Notes: generated from the letters alone by a model not told the origin. Numbered from the stretch's first letter, positions 39,018 to 49,942 are shown. The stretch: DNA of 64,000 nucleotides from Patescibacteria group bacterium (GCA_041661385.1 JBAZUP010000001.1:495920-559919), one strand, 5' to 3'. Made by a program: numbers and translations.

Positions 39018-40268
39018 TTACAAGAAAATTTTACCCAGCAAAGTAGCTCCTACCACCAAAGTAATAACAACTGCCGCGAGCCGAATAAACCAGCCGCCGA
39101 TTCCTTTGGTTGCGTACTCGCCCATTATCTCTTTGCTTTCGGAAAAAGTAATTAAAAAATAAAATATTACTGGCAGCATTGCGCCGTTTAAATAATCCGC
39201 GTAAAGAGTAAGCTTAAATAAATTAATTTGAGGAAACAGAGTTACAAAAACTCCAAAAACTAACTGGATAATAAAAATTATATAAAAAGCCCGGCCCGTT
39301 TTAAAATTTGCATTTAAAGTCCGCTCATAACCAAACAATTCCGAAAATGCGTATGAAGTGGCGAGTGGAACTATAGTAAGCCCGAGTAGTGACGCCCCAA
39401 ATAAACCGCCGGCAAAAAGCGCACTAGCGAACTGACCGGCGAACGGCCGAATAGCGAGCGCCGCCGCATAGCCATCTTCAACTCGTATACTATGAACAAA
39501 TAATGTATACGTGACGCTAAGCGCAATAATCCAAGAAAAAAAATTAGTTAAAAATGCCCCGGCATAAATTTCAACTTTTTCGTCTTTCAAATTTTCTACC
39601 GTGAGCCCTTTGTCGACAATAAAACTACTAATAAAAAATTGCCCCCAAGCTGTAACAGTCGTACCAAGCACGGCAATGAGCGAAAACCAATAACCCACAT
39701 CCCAAATATTTATTTTTCTCGGGAAAATCAGACTTTCCTGCAACGCTTCTCCCCAGTTCGGATGAGCTAAAATTGCGGAAAATACATAAGCAAAATAAAA
39801 CAAAATCATTATTAAAAATATTCTTTGCAGTTTTTTAAAATTAAGCGTGATGACAACAATACTAAGAAATGCCGAAGTAAAAATTAAGGCTGCTTGCCAC
39901 GGCAAATTAAATAATTGAAATGAAGATTTTAACCCGCTAACATTTTGTAAAACAACACCTTGGTTTACTACAAAATAAAATAAAAAAATAACGACCGATA
40001 ATCGGACACCGAATTTTTTTCTAATTAATTCACCCAGCCCCTGACCGGTAACGATAGAAATTTTGGCGCCAAGCCCTTGAGTTAAGGCGAGTAAAATTGT
40101 CGTCGGAATAATAAAATACTGTGAAGCCATACCATAGGTTGCGGCAGCGACAGTATAGGTCGCAACCCCGCCCGCGTCATTATCGGCGACCGCGGTAATA
40201 ATGCCGGGACCAATCACAGCTAAGAGTAGGATCAATCTTTTTTTATATTTTTTCCACCAATTCTGCAT
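39018..40268 (-). CDS. mntH: NRAMP-family divalent metal transporter
   Basis: IGPGIITAVADNDAGGVATYTVAAATYG, with about 11 TM helices. Confidence 0.85.
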   Translation of the reverse strand: MQNWWKKYKKRLILLLAVIGPGIITAVADNDAGGVATYTVAAATYGMASQYFIIPTTILLALTQGLGAKISIVTGQGLGELIRKKFGVRLSVVIFLFYFVVNQGVVLQNVSGLKSSFQLFNLPWQAALIFTSAFLSIVVITLNFKKLQRIFLIMILFYFAYVFSAILAHPNWGEALQESLIFPRKINIWDVGYWFSLIAVLGTTVTAWGQFFISSFIVDKGLTVENLKDEKVEIYAGAFLTNFFSWIIALSVTYTLFVHSIRVEDGYAAALAIRPFAGQFASALFAGGLFGASLLGLTIVPLATSYAFSELFGYERTLNANFKTGRAFYIIFIIQLVFGVFVTLFPQINLFKLTLYADYLNGAMLPVIFYFLITFSESKEIMGEYATKGIGGWFIRLAAVVITLVVGATLLGKIFL

Positions 40269-40271
40269 ATT

Positions 40272-41591
40272 TTAAGCATTCGGATCAACAAATCTCATAA
40301 TATCATCAAGAGTAACAACCCCGGCCATTTTTTCATTCTCATCAAGCACTGCCGCGCCATAAAGATTGTATTTAGTCATAATTCGGATGATTTCATTCAC
40401 TTTCTGATCAATTTTTAATATTGACCCTTCTGGCATTTTTTTCATCACATCCTTCACAAGTTCACTATGATCCGAAATAATTAGCGAGCGAAGCGAAATT
40501 ACACCTTTTAAATTATCCTCTTTGTCTACAACGTAGACATATAAAATACTGTGCAATGTGGTCGAAAGTTTTTTAATTTCTTCAATTACCATTTTTACCG
40601 ACCATTCCGGTTCCGCCTCAACATAATCGGTAGTCATAATACCACCGGCAGAATCTTCAGTATATTTAAATAAATGTTCAATTTTTTTGGATTTTGAAGT
40701 TTGTAATCGTTCCAAAAATCTTCTGGCCTCGTCTTCGGGTAAACTTTTTAATAAATCAACCGTCTCATCAACCGACATTTTTTCCACGATATCAGCGGCT
40801 TTTTCCGGACCAAGATAATGCATAATCATGGTTTGAATTTCCGGATCCATTTCTTCAACTACCGCGGCGGCGGCGCCAGGAGCGAGCGAATCTACTAAAG
40901 TACTACCCTGCTTGATAGAAAGATCTTCAATAATATTGGCTAAATCTGCCGGATGAAGATGCTTTAACTCTTCCGCTACGGTCGTAAGCTGCAGCTTGCC
41001 GTTCATTTGCTTGGCGTTCCGCCAATCAATAAGGGTAATTGGTAATAAATTAAAAACATCCAGCCACTCAAGGCCGAGTCGGCGCAAGATCCCTCTAAAG
41101 CTAACATCAATTCCAAGCACACACATTTTGTCCTCAAAAGGACCAACCTTAAGATCATTGACGCGCACCACTCTCGCCCCCTTCGTGTCCACAATCTGTT
41201 CGTCAAGTATTTCCTTCGCGAGCCAAAGATAATTATTTTCCGGTGTTACAGCCGGAATATTTATTTCTAAATGTTTCAGTGCAATCCAACGTTTGCCGAA
41301 ATTCGCTACAAACTCAACCGGAACAAAAAACTCTTTCTTGTTTTTTTTATTTTTTATGAATAAAAAATAAAGCGGAGCATAAGTGCCACTCTGCGGTTTT
41401 ATCAGAATGTCTTTGAGCTGACCGATAACTCTTTCTGACCGGTCCTTAACTGAGACATTCAGAATTTCACTGAGATAAATCATAATGATAATTATTTTGA
41501 ATTTTATCATATTTTTAGTGAGCCAACAAGCGAAAATTTTATCTCCCATTTTAAAAAACACAGAATTGCTGCCTTTTTTTAAGATTGTCAA
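40272..41591 (-). CDS. Soluble MgtE-N plus tandem CBS protein (MgtE cytoplasmic sensor module with no channel domain)
   Basis: MgtE N-domain block (PEDEARRFLERL...), two CBS motifs; ends ...DDIMRFVDPNA with no TM segment. The track start is a TTG lying in the opposing promoter's -35; the true start is likely an internal ATG. Confidence 0.6.
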   Translation of the reverse strand: MTILKKGSNSVFFKMGDKIFACWLTKNMIKFKIIIIMIYLSEILNVSVKDRSERVIGQLKDILIKPQSGTYAPLYFLFIKNKKNKKEFFVPVEFVANFGKRWIALKHLEINIPAVTPENNYLWLAKEILDEQIVDTKGARVVRVNDLKVGPFEDKMCVLGIDVSFRGILRRLGLEWLDVFNLLPITLIDWRNAKQMNGKLQLTTVAEELKHLHPADLANIIEDLSIKQGSTLVDSLAPGAAAAVVEEMDPEIQTMIMHYLGPEKAADIVEKMSVDETVDLLKSLPEDEARRFLERLQTSKSKKIEHLFKYTEDSAGGIMTTDYVEAEPEWSVKMVIEEIKKLSTTLHSILYVYVVDKEDNLKGVISLRSLIISDHSELVKDVMKKMPEGSILKIDQKVNEIIRIMTKYNLYGAAVLDENEKMAGVVTLDDIMRFVDPNA

Positions 41592-41611
41592 AACCCCCTA
41601 ATTTCAGTATA

Positions 41612-41640
41612 ATAACGATGTTTTAAGCTAACCTGGCGCT
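41612..41640 (+). promoter_or_regulatory. Sigma70-type promoter for the 41690 GT4 gene
   Basis: TTGTCA, 16-17 nt, TATAAT. Confidence 0.55.
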
Positions 41641-41689
41641 TTGGCATTATTCCAAATAAAAGCTGCCTAGCAGGATTACAACAAATTAT

Positions 41690-42805
41690 ATGAGAATTGG
41701 AATAGATGCTCGCCTTTATGGCCCGAAACAAGGCGGTCTTGGCCGGTATTTAGAACAATTAATTAGCCACTTGGAAAAAATGAACTTGCCCGCAGAATTT
41801 GTTATATTTATGCGGCGAGAAAATTGGGGCGATTATGAACCCAAACGGCCAAATTTTAAAAAAGAACTTGCCAATATCCATTGGTACGGTCTTCAAGAAC
41901 AACTTTTTTTACCAAGAATAATTAAACGCCAAAAACTTGATTTGATGCATTTCCCCCACTGGAACGTGCCACTTCTTTATAATCAAAATTTTATTGTTAC
42001 TATTCACGATTTGATTCCTTATCATTATCCGCGTAATAAAAATACCACGCTTGGACCTCTGATCTTTAGCATCAAACAGATTGGATTTAAAATGACTCTA
42101 AAACATGCCGCTCAGGCTGCTAAAAAAATTATTACTATCAGCCAATTTTCTAAAAATGACATTGGAAAAACTCTTGGCGTACCGCTCAATAAAATCGAAG
42201 TGACTTATCTAGCTCCCCAACGTTTCCCCAAAAATTCACACACCGTTGTTAAACGCTTTGATATAAAAAAACCTTACGCGCTGTATGTCGGAGTCGCGTA
42301 CTCACACAAAAACCTGCCATTTTTACTTTCTGCCTGGTCAAAATTTTGCGAAAAAAATAAAAATTCTTATCAATTGGTTCTTTCCGGAAAAAGAAACTTT
42401 TTTTATGAACGTTTGTTTAAACAATTTAAACCCTTATTCGAAAATGAAAGTGTTATTTTTACCGACTACCTAGATGACGAATTACTCGGTACACTTTATG
42501 CCCATTCTCAATTACTTGTTTATCCAAGTTTGCACGAAGGATTTGGCTTACCACCGCTCGAAGCAATGTCAGCCGGTATTCCGGTTGTCACCTCAAAAAG
42601 CAGTTGCTTGCCGGAAGTATTGGGCGACGCCGCTATCTACTTTGATCCAACGAATGAAAATGAGCTGGTAACAGCGCTTGAAAGCGGCTTTTCTGATAAC
42701 AAACTTCGTAATGAACTAATTGCTAAAGGCAAAATTATTTCCCAAAAATACGACTGGCACAATACCGCAAAAGAGACTTGGGAAGTCTACAAAAATAGTG
42801 TATAA
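41690..42805 (+). CDS. GT4-family glycosyltransferase
   Basis: [20 protein letters not shown]. Confidence 0.8.
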   Translation: MRIGIDARLYGPKQGGLGRYLEQLISHLEKMNLPAEFVIFMRRENWGDYEPKRPNFKKELANIHWYGLQEQLFLPRIIKRQKLDLMHFPHWNVPLLYNQNFIVTIHDLIPYHYPRNKNTTLGPLIFSIKQIGFKMTLKHAAQAAKKIITISQFSKNDIGKTLGVPLNKIEVTYLAPQRFPKNSHTVVKRFDIKKPYALYVGVAYSHKNLPFLLSAWSKFCEKNKNSYQLVLSGKRNFFYERLFKQFKPLFENESVIFTDYLDDELLGTLYAHSQLLVYPSLHEGFGLPPLEAMSAGIPVVTSKSSCLPEVLGDAAIYFDPTNENELVTALESGFSDNKLRNELIAKGKIISQKYDWHNTAKETWEVYKNSV

Positions 42806-42809
42806 TAGT

Positions 42810-42829
42810 ACTATCTATTGATAGTACAA
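42810..42829. promoter_or_regulatory. Perfect 8-bp palindrome (gtactatc-tatt-gatagtac) immediately before ATG 42832
   Basis: Seen directly in sequence. No following U-run, so more operator-like than a terminator. Confidence 0.4.
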
Positions 42830-42831
42830 CA

Positions 42832-45282
42832 ATGTCTTCTAAACGCCCTCAACTCCGACGTTGTGGACTCTGCCACAATACCGGACACAACAAGGCAACT
42901 TGCCCAGAAGGAAAAGTTCTTTCGGCTAAACCCATGCCAGCTGCACCGCTGAAATTTTTTGTTCATCATGTTAATACCCCACCACCAACTTCGGCACACG
43001 TTGTAAATTTAAAATCAGAAAAATCTGAAGTATGGAAAACAGTTGATACGTCTGCTCCGGACATTTCTGCTCCCTCACTATTTCAAACTTATCACAATAT
43101 AAAAAACAGCGACGAAACAGAGCCGCCAATTAACTCAAAACTTTTTTCAGATTTGCACGGCGCAAAAAAATCTATTGATCCAATCGTTCCTAAACTCAAT
43201 TTAAAACCAATCCAAGAAAAAAAAGTTAAACTAAAAAAACCTTCCCGCGAAAACTTTAAATTTGTCACTGCAAAATTAGTTCCCTCGCGACTCGCCATGG
43301 CAACAGTTTTGATTTTTACTTTAGCATTAGTTATTCCCGGACCGCTGCAAGGTTATTTTGAAAGCCTGGCCCAAACAAAAGATACCATTACTGAAAACAG
43401 TACCGCTGGTTTTATGGCCCTTCAGGAATCTGCAACCGCCTTAAAATCTGCCAACCTGACATCTGCAGAATTAGCCACTACAGCGGCACTTAGTAAATTT
43501 AATAACGCGCTCGAAACCCTTACTACAAAACACACCGTCTTACAGTCAGTTGTAAAAGTCGTGCCGTTCTTAGGCGGTCAAATTATCGGCCGGGAAAGAA
43601 TTTTGCTGGCCGGAGAACAAATCGCGCTTGGCAATTCTTACCTTCTTTCCGGTCTAAAGGCAATTGAAAATAATAGTGGCCAGCCTGTCACAGACAAACT
43701 AAATACATTAGTTGAGGCGCTGCGTCTTGCCAATCCAAATTATAAGCAAGCTGCTGAAAATTTAAGTGCAGTAGATGAAAATATCTTACCATTTGAATAT
43801 CGCCAGCAGTTTGTTGATTTTCGAAAACTATTTGTTGGATTAGTGCCAGATTTTGAACGAATTACCGGTTTAAACGACACTTTGCAAGAAATTTTTGGTG
43901 GCAAAGGTTTGCGCCGCTATATCCTGGTATTTCAGAATCCCGCCGAACTTCGACCGACGGGCGGATTTATGGGCAGTTTTGCTGTTCTTGATATTAAAGA
44001 CGGAAAAATCATTAATTTAGATGTACCAGCGGGCGGAACCTATGATCTCCAGGGTCAGCTTTCAGAATATATCATTCCGCCATTACCTCTCACAATAAAC
44101 AACAAACGCTGGGAATTTCAAGATGCCAATTGGTTCCCGGATTTCCCGGCCAGTGCTAAAAAAATTCTGTGGTTTTATAACCACAGCCGAAATGTGACTG
44201 CCGATGGGGTAATTACAATTAATGCAACGGTTCTTGAAAAAATCCTTTCCATTATTGGACCAGTTACGGATTCCTCACGAAACCTAACTCTGACTTCTTC
44301 TACCGCTCTAACCGCAATTCAAACAGTTGTTGAAACCGGATCGGAAAAACAAATTAATAAACCAAAACAAATTTTAGCCGATCTTGCTCCGCAGATTATT
44401 TCTTTAATTCAAAATTCAACGGGAAAAAACTTACTACCGCTTCTTGGATCACTCGAAGAAGCCCTGGAAGAAAAAGAAATTCAAGCCTATTTTACCGACA
44501 CGGCCGTACAAAAACAAATTTTGACTTCTGGTTGGGCTGGAGCAATTATTGATTCTGGAAAAAATACCGACTATTTGTTGGTTGTGAATACAAATTTACA
44601 AGGACAAAAAAGTGACGCTCGTATCAAACAAACTATTAGTCACCAAGCTGTAGTAGACGACGAAGGAAATGTAATTGATACCGTCTCAATTAGCCGTGAA
44701 CACATCGGTGAACCAACTGAACAATTTTACGGTAGCGTTAATGTGGACTTTATGAGAATTTATGTGCCTGAAGGAAGCACACTTATTTCTGCCAACGGCT
44801 TTTCCTGGCCCGATGAAAAAAACTTTCGCGCTCCAGAAAATTGGTACAAGGTAGATTCAAATCTTTCTCAAATAGAACAAGAAGTCGGTATTGAACAAAA
44901 CTCCGGCACCAGAATTACCAATGAATTTGGAAAAACTGCTTTTGGTAATTGGGTAGTGACTGAACCGGGGAAAATTAGCAGAATAGATATTTCTTATCGA
45001 CTTCCTTTTAAAGTTTCTCCAAACTCTTCAACGAGCGATACGGTTTGGAAAAAAATCATGTCTTCTTTTGATGAGCAGACTGTTCATTATCAACTAGTGG
45101 TCCAGAAACAATCCGGCATAACCAGTAATTTTGAAAGCCAAATTATTTTCCCTGCCTCCTGGCAACCAGACTGGGTAAGCGGTGACAATGTTTCTTTGGC
45201 TAGAAATGGCTTAAATATTATTTCTTCCCCTCTTTTACGAGATTCGGTTTGGGGAATTTTAATGAAAAAACCTAACCAATAA
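42832..45282 (+). CDS. DUF4012-like membrane-anchored protein with an N-terminal CCHC zinc knuckle
   Basis: N-terminal CGLCHNTGHNKATC (C-x2-C-x4-H-x4-C). TM around residues 150-175. FQNPAELRPTGGFMGSFAVLD matches DUF4012, from memory of the family consensus. Confidence 0.6.
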   Translation: MSSKRPQLRRCGLCHNTGHNKATCPEGKVLSAKPMPAAPLKFFVHHVNTPPPTSAHVVNLKSEKSEVWKTVDTSAPDISAPSLFQTYHNIKNSDETEPPINSKLFSDLHGAKKSIDPIVPKLNLKPIQEKKVKLKKPSRENFKFVTAKLVPSRLAMATVLIFTLALVIPGPLQGYFESLAQTKDTITENSTAGFMALQESATALKSANLTSAELATTAALSKFNNALETLTTKHTVLQSVVKVVPFLGGQIIGRERILLAGEQIALGNSYLLSGLKAIENNSGQPVTDKLNTLVEALRLANPNYKQAAENLSAVDENILPFEYRQQFVDFRKLFVGLVPDFERITGLNDTLQEIFGGKGLRRYILVFQNPAELRPTGGFMGSFAVLDIKDGKIINLDVPAGGTYDLQGQLSEYIIPPLPLTINNKRWEFQDANWFPDFPASAKKILWFYNHSRNVTADGVITINATVLEKILSIIGPVTDSSRNLTLTSSTALTAIQTVVETGSEKQINKPKQILADLAPQIISLIQNSTGKNLLPLLGSLEEALEEKEIQAYFTDTAVQKQILTSGWAGAIIDSGKNTDYLLVVNTNLQGQKSDARIKQTISHQAVVDDEGNVIDTVSISREHIGEPTEQFYGSVNVDFMRIYVPEGSTLISANGFSWPDEKNFRAPENWYKVDSNLSQIEQEVGIEQNSGTRITNEFGKTAFGNWVVTEPGKISRIDISYRLPFKVSPNSSTSDTVWKKIMSSFDEQTVHYQLVVQKQSGITSNFESQIIFPASWQPDWVSGDNVSLARNGLNIISSPLLRDSVWGILMKKPNQ

Positions 45283-45286
45283 TTTT

Positions 45287-47227
45287 ATGCCTGAAGATAC
45301 CCTGCCGACTGATTTTGAGCAGCCGGAAAATGAGCCAACTAAACCAGAAGAAACTCCTGAAGAAATTCCAGAAATAATTCCGCCTAAAAAAAGAATTACG
45401 CGGCACCGTTTGAGTGAAAAAGTGAAAACCTCTATTCCCACTCCGGCCGAAAAAAAACAAGAAAAAATGGAAATTAATGAGGTGCTAACAAACCTTTACG
45501 GCGATCAGGAAAATTCTTCAAATGTTCAGGAAATAACCATGAAACAACCGGGTTTGTTTTTTCGCCTTCTTCCGATTATTGGCGTTGCCTTAGTCTTTGT
45601 CGGTGTTGTTTGGGCGGGCTTTATATTTTTACCTCAAAAGAGTCAAAGCCAAGTTGACCTTTCTATTTCTGGACCAAAAGAACTAAGTCTCGGAGCCACC
45701 ACGACTTATTCTATTGCTTTTGAAAATAATTCAAATGTAAATTTAAGCAATGTTGTATTAAATGCCTATTATCCAGAAGGTTTTGTTTTTCTCGAAAGCA
45801 ACCCTAAACCAAACAACGCCGGCCACAATGAATGGAATCTTTCTACTCTCGACGCTTACGAAAAAGGCTCAGTTACAATTACCGGCTTAACCTACGGATC
45901 AATTAACGACCAAAAATCCTGGCGAGTTTTCTTAAATTATTCTCCGGAAAATTTTAATTCTGAACTTCAAAAAGCCGCGACCTTAACCACCGTTATTGTG
46001 AACTCCCCGGTTAAATTAACAATCAGCGGACCAGATAAAGCCTCCGTCGGCAGTGACGCTACATATACTTTTACTCTACAAAAAAATCTTGCTTGGAAAG
46101 GCTTAATGTCAGTTGTACCCCAAGTTCCGGCAAATTTTACCATCACCTCATCATCTCCCGCTCTCGACAGAAAAACCAACCAGTGGTTAATTCCTGCCTT
46201 AGTGACTTCAACAAAAGAATCAGCCAACAAAACATTTACACTCACGGGCAAGTTTACTTCTGCGCCAAGTGAATCAAATCCAATTAAGGGGGTTGTGCTT
46301 ATACCCGCTTCACCCGGACAAAACTACCAAATTGCCTCAGCACAAATTTCAACAGAACTCTTAAACAATGACGTTAGTGTGAGTCTCGCCATAAATGGCA
46401 CAGTGGCAGATTTTGATAGCCGACCCGGTGATGTTCTAAATATAACAATTCGAGTTAAAAATCAAAGCGCAAACGATATCACGGGAGTTATTCCAAAAAT
46501 TACCTTAACTGCCCCATCGGACAAAAAAATCAGTTTACTAAAATGGGCAGAAATAGTTGATAAAAATGAAAATACTATTGTCGGCGAACAAGTCGACGAT
46601 ACGACGCGGCGCGGTATTATTTCCTGGAATTCCGATCAAATTGCCGCTTTATCTAAAATTAAGGCTGGCTCCGATGTAACAATCGACATTCAGCTGCCAA
46701 TAAAAAATGCCAAAGAATTTAAGCTAGAAAATATCAAGTCGCCGCTTATTACCGCCGTGGCTGAAGTTAAATATAAAGATATTACCAAAGTTAGCCAAAT
46801 TGTCGGAACCAAACCCATTGCTATTACTTTAAATTCTGATTTATCTTTTTCAAGCGACGACACTATTTCTGACCCTGGCACCGATTCAGAAAAACACACC
46901 ATAAATTGGACTCTGAACAATAATTTTCACGCCTTAAAAGATATTCAAATTGTCGCGACGACCTTCGGTGACATCAACTTTACTTTACTAAATAAAGCGG
47001 CTGGAGATTTTGTTTATAGTGAAAACGATAATAAAATTACCTGGAAATTAACAGACATGCCGGAAAGTGCTGATGTTTTGAACACGTCATTTTCACTTAC
47101 GCTTCAAAAACGTAATCCGACCCAAACCTTGTTATTATCTAAAGCCCATCTAACAGCGACTGATGCCGTTACCGGAAAAACTATTGATTTAGCCGGCGAA
47201 GAAATACCAGTTACAAATCAACAATAA
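45287..47227 (+). CDS. Large cell-surface repeat-domain protein, hypothetical
   Basis: 646 aa. N-terminal Pro/Glu-rich region, one TM, then repeated beta-rich segments (DUF11/CARDB-like by composition). No catalytic motif. Confidence 0.5.
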   Translation: MPEDTLPTDFEQPENEPTKPEETPEEIPEIIPPKKRITRHRLSEKVKTSIPTPAEKKQEKMEINEVLTNLYGDQENSSNVQEITMKQPGLFFRLLPIIGVALVFVGVVWAGFIFLPQKSQSQVDLSISGPKELSLGATTTYSIAFENNSNVNLSNVVLNAYYPEGFVFLESNPKPNNAGHNEWNLSTLDAYEKGSVTITGLTYGSINDQKSWRVFLNYSPENFNSELQKAATLTTVIVNSPVKLTISGPDKASVGSDATYTFTLQKNLAWKGLMSVVPQVPANFTITSSSPALDRKTNQWLIPALVTSTKESANKTFTLTGKFTSAPSESNPIKGVVLIPASPGQNYQIASAQISTELLNNDVSVSLAINGTVADFDSRPGDVLNITIRVKNQSANDITGVIPKITLTAPSDKKISLLKWAEIVDKNENTIVGEQVDDTTRRGIISWNSDQIAALSKIKAGSDVTIDIQLPIKNAKEFKLENIKSPLITAVAEVKYKDITKVSQIVGTKPIAITLNSDLSFSSDDTISDPGTDSEKHTINWTLNNNFHALKDIQIVATTFGDINFTLLNKAAGDFVYSENDNKITWKLTDMPESADVLNTSFSLTLQKRNPTQTLLLSKAHLTATDAVTGKTIDLAGEEIPVTNQQ

Positions 47228-47230
47228 AAA

Positions 47231-47262
47231 AAATAGCTCTTCTTATGAAAGTGAAGAGCTAT
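47231..47262. terminator. Bidirectional rho-independent terminator
   Basis: aaaaaaatagctcttcttatgaaagtgaagagctatttttttt. Confidence 0.75.
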
Positions 47263-48200
47263 TTTTTTTGAAGAAATTCTTTTATTAACTTCTTTGATTT
47301 TTCGTAATCGGTTTTATTTATCCAATTTATTCTCTTATCCCGACGGAACCACGTCAATTGGCGTTTTGCATATCGCCTAGTGTCCCTTTTGATTATTTCT
47401 AAAACCTCTTTTTCATTACTTTCACCGCGCAAATAATAACCTACCTGCCGATAACCTATACCGCTAAGACTCGGGAGATCAAAACTATAACGCTGTTTTA
47501 ACAAGCTTTTTACTTCTTCACACAAACCATTTTTCCACTGCGCTTCGGAACGCCGGTTTATTCTTTCGTACAATTCGGAAAGCGGCCAAGAAAGTCCGAT
47601 TTGAAGCGCTTCCACGACCGGCTCAGATTTTGAACGTTGCTTGGTAAATGATTCGCCGGTTGAAATCGCTACTTCGAGAGCGCGAATTAATCTTCGCTTA
47701 TTCTTTTTATCTACCATAACAAATGCTTCAGGGTCAACCGATTCAAGCAAAGCCAAAAGCTCTTCTATGCTTTTACTTTCAAAACTTAATCGTAATTTTT
47801 TTATTGGCGGTCTTTTTGGTATGACTAAATTATCCACCACTGCCCAAACATATAGCCCGGTTCCACCAACTAGAAAGGGAACTTTTTTGCGGCTGGTTAT
47901 ATCTTTTATTTTTTGAAATGCCAACTGCTGAAAATCTGCTAAGGTAAAAGTTTTGCCAGGATCAACAATATCCATTGCGTAATGCGGTATTCCATCCACG
48001 ATAAATTTTTTTTCCTTATCAATGGTTTTCCATTTGCCTTCCGGCTTCGCTGTACCAATATTCATTTTTGTATATACCTGCCGAGAATCAACGGATATTA
48101 TTTCACCGTTAAACTCTTTAGCCAATCTCAAAGCCAGGTCGGTTTTACCCGAAGCAGTTGGCCCAAGAATTACGACGACTTTATTTAACCCATTTTTCAC
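47259..48200 (-). CDS. miaA: tRNA dimethylallyltransferase
   Basis: VVILGPTASGKTDLAL P-loop, ISVDSRQVY. GTG start, 4-nt overlap with thrS. Confidence 0.85.
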   Translation of the reverse strand: MKNGLNKVVVILGPTASGKTDLALRLAKEFNGEIISVDSRQVYTKMNIGTAKPEGKWKTIDKEKKFIVDGIPHYAMDIVDPGKTFTLADFQQLAFQKIKDITSRKKVPFLVGGTGLYVWAVVDNLVIPKRPPIKKLRLSFESKSIEELLALLESVDPEAFVMVDKKNKRRLIRALEVAISTGESFTKQRSKSEPVVEALQIGLSWPLSELYERINRRSEAQWKNGLCEEVKSLLKQRYSFDLPSLSGIGYRQVGYYLRGESNEKEVLEIIKRDTRRYAKRQLTWFRRDKRINWINKTDYEKSKKLIKEFLQKK

Positions 48201-49942
48201 AGTCGCTCTTTAATTTCTTTTAAGACTTTATTTGTAAACTCTTGTTTACTCATTACTAATTGATCCTTTTCTCCCCTCACTCTGATCATCCAATTTTCAC
48301 CAGCCGCTTCTTTATCGCCGACTACCACCACATATGGTATTTTCTGACCGACAGAATTGCGAATTTTTTTGCCGACCGACTCATCGGCATCATCTATACC
48401 GACCCGAATTCCCAAATTTTCGAATTTCTTCATTATTTCTTTGGTTACCTCTACATGTTTTTCCGAAACCGGCATAAATAGAACTTGGACCGGTGAAAGC
48501 CAAACCGGGAACACTCCGCCAAAATGTTCGATTACAATACCAAGAAAACGCTCAGTCGAGCCTAGAATAGCGCGGTGAATTACCACCGGTCTTTGGCGCG
48601 AACCATCGACTGATACATATTCGAGATCAAAACGTTGTGGTAAATTCATATCGAGCTGAATGGTTGAAAGCTGCCATTCTCGACCAATCACATCCTTAAC
48701 CATGAAGTCGAGCTTTGGACCATAAAAAGCCGCCTCTCCCACACCAACTTCATTTTTCCATCCTCGAGCTTCAATTAATTTTGACAGCGATTTTTCACTT
48801 TGTTCCCATACTGCAGGGTCACCAATATACTTTTCTTTATTTTTTGGATCATGCGTCGAGATACGGACCCAAAAATTATTGAACTGAAATACCTTGTATA
48901 CTTCTCCAATCATATCAAGCATAATATTAATCTCATTCTCAATCTGATCCGGACGGGCAAAAACATGACAATCATCTTGTGTTAACGAACGCACCCTGGT
49001 AAGACCAGACAATTCACCGCTTTTTTCATAGCGATAATTAGTGGTTGTGCAGGTCCAGCGCATCGGCAATTCGCGGTAAGAATGAAGATTGGTTTTATAA
49101 AGCATCATGAAATGCGGACAGTTCATCGGTTTTAAATAATACGAAGCTTCATCTTTAAGCTCCATCGGCGGATACATCGCATCATACTTATCCAGATGTC
49201 CCGAAATCTCATAAAGTTTACCTTTGGTAATATGTGGGATCCATATTGGTTCGTAGCCGCGCTTTTCCTGCAATTCCGCAATAAAATTCTCAAGCGTTCT
49301 ACGTAAAACCGCACCTTTTGGATAAAACAGTGGTAACCCGGAACCAATTTCATCGATGATGGTAAATAACCCGAGCTCCTTTCCAAGCTTGCGATGATCG
49401 CGTTTTTTGGCTTCTTCCAGCTGAGTTAAATATGTCTGTAGTTCATCTTTGGTTGGAAAACAAGTACCGTAAATGCGAGTTAACATCTTATTCTTTTCAT
49501 CTCCGCGCCAATAAGCGCCAGCAACGCTCATAAGCTTGAAGTGCTTTAATTCTTTACTTGGGTTTTCACAATGTCCACCCCTACATAAATCAGTAAAAGT
49601 ACCCGCGGTATATAATGTCAAAGTTTGGCCGTCTTTACCAAATTCATTAATTAATTCTCGTTTATAATCATTACCTTTAAATTTCTTCAGGGCATCAGCG
49701 ACACTGACCTCGCTTCGCTCGAAACTTTTCCATTCGCCCACAATTAAACGCATTCTCTCTTCAATCTCCTTTAAGTCACTCTCGTTAATTACAAGGCCTT
49801 CGAAGTCAATATCGTAATAGAATCCGTTTTCGATTGGTGGACCAATTGTCAACCTTGCATTACGATATTTTTCGATACTCAAAACAGCTGCGGCAAGCAG
49901 ATGGGCGCAGGAATGACGTAAGTTATCAAGTTGTTCGCTCAT
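48197..49942 (-). CDS. thrS: Threonyl-tRNA synthetase (lacks the N-terminal TGS domain)
   Basis: HSCAHLLAAAV (editing-domain HxxxH), class II motifs (FRLEMSGA-like region, GxGxGxxR), C-terminal anticodon-binding domain. Confidence 0.9.
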   Translation of the reverse strand: MSEQLDNLRHSCAHLLAAAVLSIEKYRNARLTIGPPIENGFYYDIDFEGLVINESDLKEIEERMRLIVGEWKSFERSEVSVADALKKFKGNDYKRELINEFGKDGQTLTLYTAGTFTDLCRGGHCENPSKELKHFKLMSVAGAYWRGDEKNKMLTRIYGTCFPTKDELQTYLTQLEEAKKRDHRKLGKELGLFTIIDEIGSGLPLFYPKGAVLRRTLENFIAELQEKRGYEPIWIPHITKGKLYEISGHLDKYDAMYPPMELKDEASYYLKPMNCPHFMMLYKTNLHSYRELPMRWTCTTTNYRYEKSGELSGLTRVRSLTQDDCHVFARPDQIENEINIMLDMIGEVYKVFQFNNFWVRISTHDPKNKEKYIGDPAVWEQSEKSLSKLIEARGWKNEVGVGEAAFYGPKLDFMVKDVIGREWQLSTIQLDMNLPQRFDLEYVSVDGSRQRPVVIHRAILGSTERFLGIVIEHFGGVFPVWLSPVQVLFMPVSEKHVEVTKEIMKKFENLGIRVGIDDADESVGKKIRNSVGQKIPYVVVVGDKEAAGENWMIRVRGEKDQLVMSKQEFTNKVLKEIKERL

